Source: Chiloscyllium plagiosum
Taxonomy: Eukaryota
Direction: 5' to 3'
Assembly: GCF_004010195.1 (NCBI RefSeq)
Contig: NC_057720.1
Location: 680,656 to 715,844, forward strand
DNA length: 35,189 bases
Notes under the pieces: model-generated
What the model saw: only the letters and a program-made list of their open reading frames with translations
Databases searched by the model: none
Told to the model about the DNA's origin: nothing
Part shown: positions 1-11,213 of the stretch, piece after piece
Layout of the letters: each line of letters opens with the position of its first letter
Numbering within the stretch: the stretch's first letter is position 1
Position numbers and translations under genes: made by a program

Positions 1-415
1 AGATAAAAGGTAGGGAGGAGGGACTTGGAGGAGGGGCGTTGGAAATGTGATAGGTGGAAAGAGGTCAAGGTGAGGGTGATAGGTCAGACTGGGGTGGGGG
101 CGGAGAGGTCGGGAAGAAGATCTCAGGTTAGGAAGGCGGTGCTGAATTTGAATTCAGCACCGCCTTCCTAACCTGCAATCCTCTTCCCGACCTCTCCGCC
201 CCCCCCCCAGTCTGACCTATCACCCTCACCTTGTCCTCTTTCCACCTATCACATTTCCGACGCCCCTCCCCCAAGTCCCTCCTCCCTATCTTTTATCTTA
301 GCCTGCTGGACCAACTTTCCTCATTCCTGAAGAAGGGCTAATGCCCGAAACGTCGATTCTCCTGTTCCCTAGATGCTGCCTGACCTGCTGTGCTTTTCCA
401 GCAACACATTTCCAT
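1..415. mobile_element. Penelope-like repeat with a long inverted repeat and a hammerhead motif
   Basis: 1-148 is the imperfect reverse complement of 151-298 (centre gctgaatt-tg-aattcagc), followed by CTGAAGA-AGGGCTAATGCCC-GAAACGTC. Shares sequence with the elements at 11012 and 14083. Confidence 0.65.
323..358 (+). ncRNA. Minimal type I hammerhead ribozyme motif, family A
   Basis: CUGAAGA (327-333), stem II GGGC/GCCC, GAAA (347-350), palindromic ACGU stem III, GUC cleavage triplet; short imperfect stem I AUUC/GAUU. Confidence 0.65.
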
Positions 416-1071
416 CATTGAGTCAGTAGTTAGGAAGACAAATGCAGTGATAGCATTTATTTCAAGAGCACTTGAATAAAAAAGCAGGGATGTACTTCTG
501 AGGCTCTGGTCAGACCACTTTTAGAGTATTGTGGGCAGTTTTGGGCCCCATATCTCAGGAAGGATGTGGTGGCCCTGGAGCATGTTCAGAGGAGGTTCAC
601 GAGAATGGTCCCAGGAATGAACAGCTTAACATCTGAGGAACGTTTGAGGACTCTGGGTCTTAACATGATGGAGTTTAGAAGGATGAGGGGGGATCTAATT
701 GAAGCTTACAGAATACTGAATGGCCTGGACAGAGTGGATATTGGGAAGATGTTTCCATTGGGTTGGAGAGACTAGGACCTGAGGGCACAGCCTTAGAGTA
801 AAGGGGAGACCTTTTAGAACGGAGATAAGGAGAAACTTCTTCAGCCAGAGAGTGGGGAATCGGTGGAACTCATTGCCATAGAAGGCTGTGGAGGCCGGGT
901 CATTGAGTGTATTTAAGATGGAGATAGACAGGTTCTTGAGTATCAAGGGATCAGGGGTTACGAGAAAGCAGGAGAATGGGGTTGAGAAACTTGTTAGCCA
1001 TGATTGAATGGCGGAGCAGACTCAATGGGCTGAATGGCCTAATTTCTGCTCCTATGTCTAATGGTCTTATG
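416..1071 (+). mobile_element. CR1 LINE 3' fragment (HER1-like)
   Basis: ORF2 C-terminal remnant (VQRRFTRMVPGM...RRMRGDLIEAYRIL) and 3' tail gggctgaatggcct...cctatgtc. Confidence 0.85.
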
Positions 1072-1712
1072 TTCAAATGCAGCAAGATCTGGATAATAAT
1101 TAGCCTTGGGCTGACAAGTGGCTAGTGACATTCATACCACACAAATACCAGACAACGACCGTCACCAAGATCGAATCTAACCACCACCCCTTGGCATTCA
1201 ATGGCATCACACCATCATTGAATCCCTGACCGTCAACATCCATTGACCAGACACTTAACCGGACATACCACATCAGTATTATAGTTCCAAGAGCAGTCCA
1301 GAAATCCTGCTGTGAGTAACTCACCTCCTGACTCCCTGAAGCCTGCACACCATCTATAAGGAACACGTTCGGATTGTGATGGTGTCCTTCCCACTCCTCA
1401 GACAGCACCTTCCAAACCCACGACCACTTCCATCTAGAAGGACAAGGGCAGCAGATACATGGGAACACCACCCCCTGCAAGTTCCCCTCCAAACCACTCA
1501 GCATTCTGACTTGGAAATATTTTGCTGTTCCTTCAGGTCGCTGGGTCAAAATCCTGAAATTCCCTCCCTAGGGGCATTGTGGGTCTACCCATGGACTGCA
1601 GTGGTTCAAAAGGGTGCTCACCCTCCCCCCCCCCCCCCCCTTCTCAAGGGGCAACTAGGGACGGGCAATAAATGCTGGCCCAGCCAACAGCACGCGCATC
1701 CTTGAATGGATA
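1072..1712 (+). mobile_element. L2/CR1-group LINE 3' fragment, second family
   Basis: Degenerate QQDLD..WADKW-type sequence. The tail ttctcaagggcaactagggacgggcaataaatgctggcccagcc recurs antisense near 5020 and 24975. Confidence 0.65.
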
Positions 1713-2882
1713 AAAACAGAGCGCTTTGCTTTAAAATAGTTAAGGTGAAACTTGCTGAGCAGAGGGGATTAGTGACCAGTTCAGTCTTGTCGGGAGCTGA
1801 TGGTGTAACAGGTCTGGATTTCCATGTGATTCGATTATTTTAGCCTGATGGAAACTCATGACGGTATTAAACAAGACAGTAGATCATGATTCAAGTCTGA
1901 GAATGTGCCATTGGGCCCATCTGTCTGTGCTAGCTGGAAATGTTTGCGAGAAAGGCCCAGAGGTTCACATTTCCAGTCCCCTGTGATTCAGATCCTTCTG
2001 GATGTGTATCAGACTCCAGGCTTGCTGAGCTTCTCCGCTGCTTCCTGTGTAAGTGGCAGATTTTCTGCAGTCCTTTGCTTCTGTCTGTTTTCTGACTTTG
2101 ATGGATTTACTCAATTAGTCCACTCTCCCGTCAATGCATCCTCTTCCGGAACATACCTATTGGCTTGGAAAGTTGGAGCAAATCCGATTCTAGTTCATGT
2201 GGAATTTTAAATTATAAATATTTTTGCACAATTTTATTGTTTTGAGGATCAGTGCCTCCATTTACAAAGCAAATGTCCCAACCATCTTCTTAACCACCTC
2301 AATGTTTGTGAATCTGACCCAGTTGACACTACCCCTGGCATCCCCAATACCCTCCCGACATCCCTAACACCCTGACGTCCCTCCTGTCACACTCCAACAC
2401 TCCGCAGCCCCTGCACCCTCCCTGACACCCTCCTTCACCCATTGACACCTCTTCATAAACCTCCCATGACAGACCCNNNNNNNACCCACCCCCCTCACAC
2501 CTCCCCGACACCCCCTGACATGCCCCCACCCAAAGTTACCCTTTGCCCCTCTCCCCAGTGCCTCTGCTTTTGCACCCTCCCACAATGGTGCCATTGGATT
2601 ATGTTGTAAAGTTGTACCTGCCCATCTCCATCACTTCACTCTGATCCACATCATATTATTTCTGCTCTGGTCCTGCCCAGTTTCTCAATCGGTCTGACCT
2701 TCTGAATCCTCTTACTCTTCTGCCCACTGTTTACAGTCTTGTTAACCACTGCACCATGTGGTCCCTGCACCAAAATCTCACTTGCTTACACACAGAGTGA
2801 GAGACACTGTCCAGGCACTGGCCCATGGGCAACCCCTTGCAGGTTCCTCCTGATCCTGTTTTCAAGATGTCTAACTCCTTTA

Positions 2883-3923
2883 TAGACAGTAGACAATAGG
2901 TGCAGGAGTAGGCCATTCAGCCCTTCGAGCCTGCACCACCATTCAACATGATCATGGCTGATCATCCTTAATCAGTATCCTGTTCCTGCCTTATCTCCAT
3001 AACCCTTGATTCCACTATCCTTGAGAGCTCTACCCAACTCTTTCTTAAATGAACCCAGAGACTGGGCCTCCACTGCCCTCTGGGGAAGAGCATTCCACAG
3101 AGCCACCACTCTCTGGGTGAAGAAGTTTCTCCTCATCTCTGTCCTAAATGGTCTACCCCGTATTTTTAAGCTGTGTCCTCTGTTTCGGCACTCACCCCGC
3201 AGCGGAAACATGTTGCCTGCCGCCAGAGTGTCCAATCCTTTGATCATCTTATATGTCTCAACCAGATCCCCTCTCAGTCTTCTAAACTCAAGGGTACACA
3301 AGCCCAGTCGCTCCAGTCTTTCAGTGTAAGGTAATCCCGCCATTCCAGGAATTGACCTCGTGAACCTACGCTGCATTCCCTCAATAGCCAGAATGTCTCT
3401 CCTCAAATTTGGAGACCAGAACTGCACACAGTACTCCAGGTGTGGTCTCACCAGGGCCCTGTACAGCTGCAGAAGGACCTCTTTGCTTCTATACTCAATC
3501 CCTCTTGTTATGAAGGCCAGCATGCTATTAGCCTTCTTCACTACCTGCTGTACCTGCATGCTTACCTTCATTGAGTGGTGTACAAGAACCCCCAGATCTC
3601 TCTGTACTGCCCCTTTACCTAAATTGATTCCACTTAGGTGGTAATCTGCCTTCCTGTTCTTGCCACCAAAGTGGATAAGGATCCATTTATCCACGTGAAA
3701 GTGCATCTGCCATGCATCTGAGCACTCACCTAACTTGTCCAGGTCACCCTGTAATCTCCTAACATCCTCATCACATTTCACCCTGCCACCCAGCTGATGA
3801 AATTTGCGAATGTTATTGCGAATACCATCTTGTATATCCTGAAGATAGATTGTAAAAAGCTGCGGTCCCAGTACTGATCCGTGCGGTACCCCACTGGCCA
3901 GTGCCCGGCATTCCGAAATGGAG
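2883..3923 (-). mobile_element. CR1 LINE, 3' part of ORF2 (RT C-terminus) and 3' UTR; young copy
   Basis: Open frame SGVPHGSVLGPQLF...YRALVRPHLEYCVQFWSP...RRLRGDLVETYK; highly similar to 17111-18145. Confidence 0.93.
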
Positions 3924-4207
3924 GGGTGGAGGAGTGTGGAAGGATGAGAGAATGCAGGCTGCGGCCCTATGAAGCAGGGGGAGGGCTTGCAGTTGGCCTG
4001 TGTGGGGATGTGGGAGACTACAGGAGCCTGGTGGGCAAGGGCTGGCCTGAAAGGCAGCTGGAGGGACGGAGGGAGGGAAGCACGCACGGAGGAGGAAGAG
4101 CAAAGAGAAAAGAGAAAAAAAAGCCAAAGGGGATAAAGAGAAAGAGCAAGAAAGAAAATGTGGCTGGCCAGCACGCCTTGAAGTAGGGAGAAAAGGCAGG
4201 GGCCAGC
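3924..4207 (+). other. Probable 5S rDNA non-transcribed spacer, upstream part (downstream part about 4331-4389)
   Basis: Purine-rich non-LINE sequence contiguous with the 5S gene; absent from the paralogous LINE at 17111-18145. Confidence 0.65.
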
Positions 4208-4327
4208 GCCTACAGCCATACTAGTCTGAAAACGCCCGATCCCGTCTGATCTCGGAAGCTAAGCAGACTCAGGCCTGGTTAGTACTTGGATGGGAGACCG
4301 CCTGGGAATACCAGGTGCAGTAGGCTT
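4208..4327 (+). rRNA. 5S: 5S rRNA gene (dispersed copy/orphon)
   Basis: GCCTACAGCCATACTAGTCTGAAAACGCCCGATC...GGTTAGTACTTGGATGGGAGACCGCCTGGGAATACCAGGTGCAGTAGGCTT. A box and C box recognisable; helix II AGUCUG/CAGACU pairs; one A.A mismatch in helix I. Confidence 0.95.
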
Positions 4328-4330
4328 TTT
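4326..4330 (+). terminator. RNA polymerase III terminator (T5) of the 5S gene
   Basis: TTTTT at the 3' end of the 5S sequence. Confidence 0.85.
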
Positions 4331-4390
4331 CCGCCAGCAGTGGCTGCTCAAGTCACCCCTCTGCACTTGTCTTGTGCCAGGCAATGGAGC

Positions 4391-4662
4391 GCCAGTTTAC
4401 CTTCGTACCTCATTTTTCCTCTGCGTATTTCCTTCTTAGTAATCCTCTGTTGTTCTTTAAAGGCTTCCCAGTCCTCTGTTTTCCCACTTATCTTTGCTAT
4501 GTTATACTTTTTCTCTTTTAACTTTATATGTTTCTTAACTTCCCTCGTCAGCCACGGCCGCCCATGCCTCCTCCTGGGATCTTTCTTCCTTTTAGGAATG
4601 AACTGATCCTGCAACTTCTGCATTATACACAGAAATATCCGTCATTGTTCCTCCACGGTCAT
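4391..4662 (-). mobile_element. CR1 LINE, more 5' part of ORF2, resuming after the 5S insert
   Basis: PWLTREVKKHIKLKEKKYNIAKISGKTEDWEAFKEQQRITKKEIRRGKMRYEGKLA is typical of the CR1 endonuclease-RT linker. Confidence 0.88.
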
Positions 4663-4999
4663 CTAATGTCTCTACCTTTCTGGGATGGTGGTGTTGGATG
4701 AATGCTCCAACAGGACAGCACTCCAGACCCTCCTCTCCGAAACCCAAAAACCAGTGTTGTTCCTTTCATCACATAAGGTCTTCAGCTAAATGACCTCTCA
4801 CCTTTGTGTGCAGGCTGTGGACAATCCCCACAGAAATGGGTCTCCCAGAGACATTGTTAATGATGGCCGAGGAACTGTGAAATTACTGGGGACAATTTTA
4901 ACCTGATGGCTTAAATCATTTCCCTCTCTAAACACTTCCACATCTCGACCTCACTCCCACCCTTCAAGACTCTCCTTAATATCGTCCTCACCATGTTTC

Positions 5000-5812
5000 T
5001 GATTTGTCAGACGTGGGCATCACTGGCTGGGCCCAGCATTTATTGCCCGTCCCTAGTTGCCCCTTGAGAAGGTGGGGGTGAGCTGCCTCCTTGAACTGCT
5101 GCAGTCCATGTGCTGTAGGTAGACCCATAATACCCTTAGCGAGGGAATTCCAGGATTCTGACCCAGTGACAGTGAAGGAACGGCTTAGAGACTTAGGTCT
5201 GTTCTCATTGGAAAGAAGAAGGCTAAGGGGGGATTTAATAGAGACATGTACGATGATCAGAGGATTAGATAGGGTAGACAGTGAAAATCTTTTTCCTAGG
5301 ATGATGGCGTCAGCGTGTACGAGGGGCATAACTACAAATTGAGGGGTGATAGATTTAAGACAGATGTCAGAGGCAGGTTCTTTACTCAGAGAGTGGTAAG
5401 GGCGTGGAATGCCCTACCTGCTAATGTAGTCAACTCAGCCACATTAGGGAGATTTAAACAATCCTTAGATAAGCACATGGATGATTTTGGGATAGTGTAG
5501 GGGACGAGCTGAGAATACTCCACAGGTCGGTGCAACAACAAGGGCCGAAGGGCCTGTTCTGCGCTGTATTGTAATACCATGTTCAATGCCAGGTATGACC
5601 CTAACCAGTAGAGTGTTTGTCCCCTGTTACCCATTGATTCCAGTTCTGCCCGGGCTCCTTGATGCCATAATCAGTCAAATGCCAAGGGCTGTCACTCTCT
5701 CCTCCCCTCTGGAATCCAGCTCTTTTGTCCATGTTTGACCCAAGGTCAGGAGCTGGGTGACCCTGGGCGGACCCAAACTGGGCATCACTGAGCAGGTTGT
5801 TGCTGAGCGGGT
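5000..5812. mobile_element. Antisense L2/CR1-group fragment interrupted by a sense CR1 3' fragment (about 5180-5572)
   Basis: Reverse complement of the tail near 1640, then ERLRDLGLFSLERRRLRGDLIE and a CR1 tail, then the first element appears to resume. Confidence 0.7.
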
Positions 5813-6651
5813 GTTTTATATGTTTCTCATCGTTATCCTGATTCCGAAGAATGTCAACAGTGTGGGTTTCATTCCAGCTGTGGCTGGGGTGGTCCTACCT
5901 CCTCAACTCTCCCCCTGAGGGTACCAGGGAGGAAACAGCTCAGGGTAAACCATCAGCAGATGACAAACCAACGCTCACTCTCTGGGCATTGTGCATATAG
6001 ACAGGAGGGTGAATGCACACAAGACAGCCGGAGTCCCATCATTCTCCAAACAGATGAGTTCGACCAGAATTAGTCTCAAATTGTGTTTGTGTGAAAATGG
6101 AGACTGACTCTGTATACAGAATGTTGTTTTCAGATGTTGTTTTGTAAGATCACGATCTGTGAAATTGTAATTGTATAAGTGGAACGCCAACCCTCCTTTT
6201 GATATCTCACCCAAAGGCCAGTGCCAGCACAGATGGAGGGGGATTGATGATTGTGGTTTAGTTTTCTCTTTCACAATCGTTGTCCACAAATGGAACACAA
6301 CGTGGGAAAATAAGAGGTTATGCACTTTTGTAGGAAGAATAGAGACCTGGATTATTTTCTAAATGGGGAAAAAAGCTTTGGAAATCTGACGGACAGTGAC
6401 TTGGGGAGTCCAGGTTCAGGATTCTCTTAAGGTTCACATGCAGGTTCCGTTGGCAGTTAGGAATGTTCATTTCAAGAGGGCTAGAATTCAAGAGCACGTG
6501 ATGTACACTTAAGGCTGGATAAGGCTCTGGTCAGACCATATTTGGAATATTGGGAGCAGTTTTGGGCCCTGTATCTGAGGAAGGATGTGCTGGTGTTGGG
6601 GGGGTTCCAGAGAAGGTTTACAGGAATGGTCTCCGGGATGAAGGGCTTATA

Positions 6652-6832
6652 GCAAAAGTTTACAATGCAGTGCTATAAATTCTGCGTCTTACAATCTTAT
6701 TCTCCACAGCCACCTGATGAAGGAGCAGCGCTCCGAAAGCTGGTGCTTATAAATAGACCTGTTGGACTATAACCTGGTGTTGTGTGATTTTTAACTTTGT
6801 CCACCCCAGTCCAACATAAGCATCTCCAAATC
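6652..6832 (+). mobile_element. Penelope-like terminal fragment (family B) nested in a CR1 fragment
   Basis: Shares gctataaattctg...cacctgatgaaggagc...cctgttggactataacctgg...gatttttaactttg with 15209-15409; interrupts CR1-like sequence. Confidence 0.6.
6711..6745 (+). ncRNA. Hammerhead motif, family B, probably inactive (CUG triplet)
   Basis: CAC-CUGAUGA-A-GGAGC-AGC-GCUCC-GAAA-GC-UG-GUG; a G at position 17 breaks the NUH rule. Confidence 0.6.
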
Positions 6833-8099
6833 GTGTCGTATAAGGAGTGAGTAAGGACTCTTGAGTCTGAACTCAATGGAGTTCAGAAGGATGGTGTGTG
6901 GGGATCAGATTGAGATTCAAGCATACTGAGAAATATGGATAGAGTGGATGTGGAGAAGATGTTTCCACTTTTAGGAGAGACCCAGCCTCAGGGTGAAAGG
7001 ATGAACCTTTAGAACTGAGATCAGGAGGAATTTCTTCAGCCAGAGGGTGGTGACTCTGTGGAACTCATGGCTGCAGAGGGCTGTGGAGGCCAGGTCACTG
7101 AGTGCAGTTATGACAGAGATAGATAGGTTCCTGATTAGTAAGGGGATCATGGGTTGTGGGGAGAAGGCAGAAGAATGAGATTGAAAAACATGTCAGCCAT
7201 GATTGAATGGTGGAGCAGACTTGATTGGCTGAATGGCCGAATTCTGCTCCCATATCTTTTGCTCTTCTCCGATGTGCGGTCTTCCAGTGCATGGAGTGGT
7301 CTGTGTTTTTGACAGAGTGCATTGTGTTTTATTTTCTGTTGAGTGGGGAATGGTGCCTGATCAATGCACATTATTTTCCTGTGCACTTATGGGAAATATA
7401 TTGCTGATTGTGTTTCTGCTTCCTGGAAAGCAAATGGTTTATACTTCAATTTTTGGAGTGATGCTGTGTCGTCAAATTCTAGATATTAATTAGAGTTAAA
7501 CTTTGGAGCGAATTGCAAGGAGTTGAATTAACATGTGAATTATGGGAGAGTGGAAATTGGCAACTTTTTCCACATGGTAGGAGTCATTCAAATTGCTCCT
7601 CAGCTAGAAATGGGTTGTCAGGGCTGTCAAATTTTAATCATGGGCTTCTAGGACCTGCCAAACTCTTAGTGCATCCAATATTCATTCGACTGTTCCAATT
7701 TGCAATTAGGTGTCTGGACACATACCTCCAGCTATCAGAAATGTAACAAATACTTGATTCTCACTGCATTTCAGGTACACAGCAAATCACAGAGAGACAA
7801 GTCAGACATTGTGAAAATTATTTCACTTAAACAGTGGAACAAAAGGGTTTTCGTGTTTGGAAGGATGTTTCCTGCAGTACTTTGCTGGGCTTAGATTTTG
7901 GTCACTTGTTTGTGGTTTAAACAAAGGTGTAGGCCAGCTAGGACATTTACAGATGATACAGAAATAGATGTGTGTTGTTGAGGGAGGAAGCTGTAAACTG
8001 CCTGGCTTGGTGGTTGCACCAATGACCAAACTGAGAAGTGTCAACTGATAACTGATGGCGAGGACAAATAATGAGAGGATGTCCCACTAAATGTAGGAT

Positions 8100-8770
8100 A
8101 TTGAAACTGTAGGATGTTGAAGATCAGAAAGATTTGGAAACCCCTGTGTTCACGGATTCCTGAAGGTGGCAGAGCGTGGAGATACAATAGTTAAGAGGTA
8201 CTTGGGATTTGTCCTTTATCGGCTGAGATCTGGAATACAACACCTTGAGGGTTCTGCTCGAAATGTATCTGACACTAGGGGGAGTACAGCTCAGCAACAA
8301 TGTAATTGGACTGGAGAGGGGATGGAGGAGGAGGCTTACCAGGATGTTGCCAGGATTTAAGAATTTTTGCTGAGGGGAAGGATTGCATTGGCTGGGATTG
8401 TTCTCCTTAGAACAGGGGAGGCTGAGGGACAATTCATTTGAGGAATCATAGAGTCATACAACATGGAAATAGACCCTTCGGTCCAACTAGTCCCCACTGG
8501 CCACTTTCCCACTTGCCTGCATTTGGCCCATTTCCCTCCAAACCTTTCCTATTCATGTACTTATCCAGATGTCTTTTAAATGTTGTAACTGGTACAATTA
8601 CAACATTTAAAAGGCATTTGGATGGGTATATGAACAGGAAGGGTTTGGAGGGATATGGGCCGGGTGCTGGCAGGTGGGACTAGATTGGGTTGGGATATCT
8701 GGTCAGTATGGACGGGTTGGACTGAAGGGTCTGTTTCCGTGCTGTACATCTCTGACTCTATGACTCTCTA
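8100..8770. mobile_element. Cluster of CR1 fragments, including inverted 3' tails joined at about 8593
   Basis: Degraded + fragment, a - tail at about 8446-8590, and a + tail at about 8595-8770 (TFKRHLDGYMNRKGLEGYG). Confidence 0.7.
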
Positions 8771-8837
8771 CCTACATCCATCGGCGTTTCTGCAAGTTCA
8801 TTCTGCAATGTTTTAAAAAAAGATGCCCTCATGTCCT

Positions 8838-9120
8838 TTTTATTTGATTTATTATTGTCACACATACCTAGGTACAGTGAAAAGTTTTGTTTTGCCTGCA
8901 GTACTGACAGATCATACCAGACAAAGACCGCAGGGTGACAGGACAGAGCGAGGACTATAATGTTACAGCTGCAAAGAAAATGCTCAAAAAGCACAATCAA
9001 CATTAGATTTAAATTAGAGAGGTCCATTCAGCAGTCTAATAACAGCAGGGAAAAAGCTGTTCTTGAACATGTTGATGCATGTGTTTAGGCTTTTGTATCT
9101 TCTGCCTGACAGAAGAGGGT
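8838..9120 (-). mobile_element. Non-LTR retrotransposon 3' tail, family uncertain
   Basis: atttgatttattattgtcaca (antisense AATAAA plus short-repeat tail) recurs near 22260, with a related motif near 31290. Confidence 0.5.
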
Positions 9121-9162
9121 ATCACAGGGTTGGTGCTGGGTCCCTTATTGTTTGTGATATCC

Positions 9163-9306
9163 ATAAATCATCCATAAAACAGAGTGGAAACAGGCCATTC
9201 AGCCCAACTGGTCCACACTGACCCTCTGAAGAGGATCCCACTCAGACCCATCCCTCTACCCTTTATTTCCCATGGTCAGCACATCTAACCTGCACATCTT
9301 TGGACT
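9163..9306 (-). mobile_element. HE1-type SINE fragment
   Basis: Reverse complement of the 3' part of the SINEs at 12763 and 22847. Confidence 0.65.
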
Positions 9307-9339
9307 TGAGAGACCAATGATGGGGATGAGAATGTGGGA

Positions 9340-10055
9340 GGGGGATGATAAATAAATTTGAGGATGACACAGAGATTGGCCGGTGGTTAATATTTCCCTT
9401 TATCAGTCGAGGTATAGATTATAAGAGAAGGAAATATTCTGGAGCCATACAGTCCTTGGATAAGCACAGGTCGGTGCCACTCTGGGCTGTATTGTTCTAT
9501 GTTCAGCACTTTGGTCAGGCCACAACTGGAGTAGTGTGTGCAGTTCTGGTCCTTCCTGGAAGGAAGGGATTGTACTGGGGGGGGTGGGGGGATGCAGAGG
9601 AGATTCACCAGGATGCTGCCTGGGAAGGAACATTTCAGTGATGAGGAAAAGCTGGATAAGCTCAGGATGTTTTATTTGGAGGGGTCTCAGATAGAGGTGT
9701 GTAAGATTATGAGGGACATGGACAGAGTGGATAGAAAGCAGCTTTTCCTATTTGCTGAAGGATCAATATCCGGGGGAGCAACATTTTGAAGTGAAAGGCA
9801 GGAGATTTAGAGATGATTTGAGAAAGTGTTTTCACCCAGAGGTTGGTGCGAGTCTGGAATGTGCTGCCTGGGAGGGGAGTTGACTCAGGAAACCTCACCA
9901 CCTTTAAAACGTACCTGGACGAGCAACTGAAATGTCATCACATTCAAGGCTATGGGACTAGCGGGGGAAGTGGGACTAGGGTAGATTGAGAGTAGTTTTT
10001 GGTGGGATAGACTGGATGGGCCAAAGGGACTCTTCTGTGTGATGTGATTCCATGA
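9340..10055 (+). mobile_element. Degenerate CR1 LINE 3' fragment
   Basis: Remnants INKFEDDTEIG, QFWS and MQRRFTRMLPG, plus 3' tail. Confidence 0.75.
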
Positions 10056-11011
10056 ATAACACATTCTCAACCAGCACTGGCACGATGACCGAGTGGCCTC
10101 TGTGTGTGTCATAACTATTTATGATTTTGAGTTAAATCATTTTGAGTGCCAATCTGGTCTTAATTTCATTAATTGTTGGCGGGAACATTTCCAAGCGTCA
10201 AATTTAAATCTGATTGTGACACTCAGCAGCCCCTCCTACAACATCGGCCCTGTCAGCGTCTGAAGCAGCAACTCAGCTGAACTGGAACCCTACAGATACC
10301 TGAGAAACTCGAAGATTCTACCTGTGCAGATGTCTGGGCGGGGGAGAGGGGGGTTGTGTTCAGGGCAGAGAGAGGCCACAATGACAATGTAAAGAGCAGT
10401 TCATTGTATTTGGGCTGATTAGACCTTGTATCAGATTATAGAGGAGGATTATTGTGGGTAAAGCATTTAGAGAATGATTATTTTCAGTCTTGCATGCAAA
10501 CTTTCTAAGTGCATAGTGGTCAGCTGTCCACAAAGTACTGGGTGGGCAGTTTGACCACGAGCTTCCTTATTGTTCTGAAATGACCTCCCAGATGCAGAAA
10601 GTACACAGGGCGGGACATTACTCCAATGAAGAATTCTACACAGGAAGAGGCCATTCAGCTCCTTACTGATCTGTCTCCTAATTCCAACTCCCCACTTTCT
10701 TCCCCATTTCCTCATTATTCTCATCTAACAAGAAATAACTCTCAAACAGCAGTACAGTACACTATAGGAATAGGCCCTTCGGCCCACCAAGCCTGTGCTG
10801 ACACATGACACCTTTCTAAACCAAAAACGTTTTGCCTCGACACAGTCCATATCCCTCTATTTCCTGCCTGTTCATAAATCCCACTTTTGAAAGTTTAATC
10901 TGACATTCCTGACACCTCCAGCCTCATTGGGTGTTTAATGGGAAACATTTCAGATCCTCCCACCTCACTACCCCCGGTGTGGGGAGATGGTTCCTGATCT
11001 CCCCCTGTAGG

Positions 11012-11213
11012 AGAAAGTGAGGTCTGCAGATGCTGGAGATTAAAGTTGAAACTTTATTGCTGGAACAGCACAGCAGGTCAGGCAGCATCCAGGGAACAGG
11101 AGATTCGACGTTTCGGGCACAGGCCTGAAGAAGGGCCTGTGCCTGAAACGTCGAATCTCCTGTTCCCTGGATGCTGCCTGACCTGCTGTGCTGTTCCAGC
11201 AATAAAGTTTCAA
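11012..11213 (-). mobile_element. Short palindromic Penelope-like insertion with TSD
   Basis: Inverted arms of about 80 bp (about 11044-11125 and 11134-11215) plus an unpaired tail on the left; flanked by CTCCCCCTGTAGG at 10999-11011 and 11214-11226. Confidence 0.8.
11121..11156 (+). ncRNA. Hammerhead motif, family A (weak stem I)
   Basis: CUGAAGA (11125-11131), stem II GGGC/GCCU, then GAAACGUC. Confidence 0.5.

Larger units (their letters stand above)
6320..7258 (+). mobile_element. Degenerate CR1 LINE 3' fragment
   Basis: Similar to 416-1071 (gctctggtcagacca...cagttttgggccc...ttcttcagccagagggtggtg); split by the 6652-6832 insert. Confidence 0.8.

Noticed and set aside
4208..4662. 5S-derived SINE (SINE3-type) interpretation
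   Set aside because: The 5S is full length with its terminator and upstream spacer, and the adjacent LINE sequence is antisense internal ORF2, not a sense 3' tail.
9222..9250. CTGAAGA as another hammerhead core
   Set aside because: No stem II or GAAA follows; it lies within an antisense SINE.
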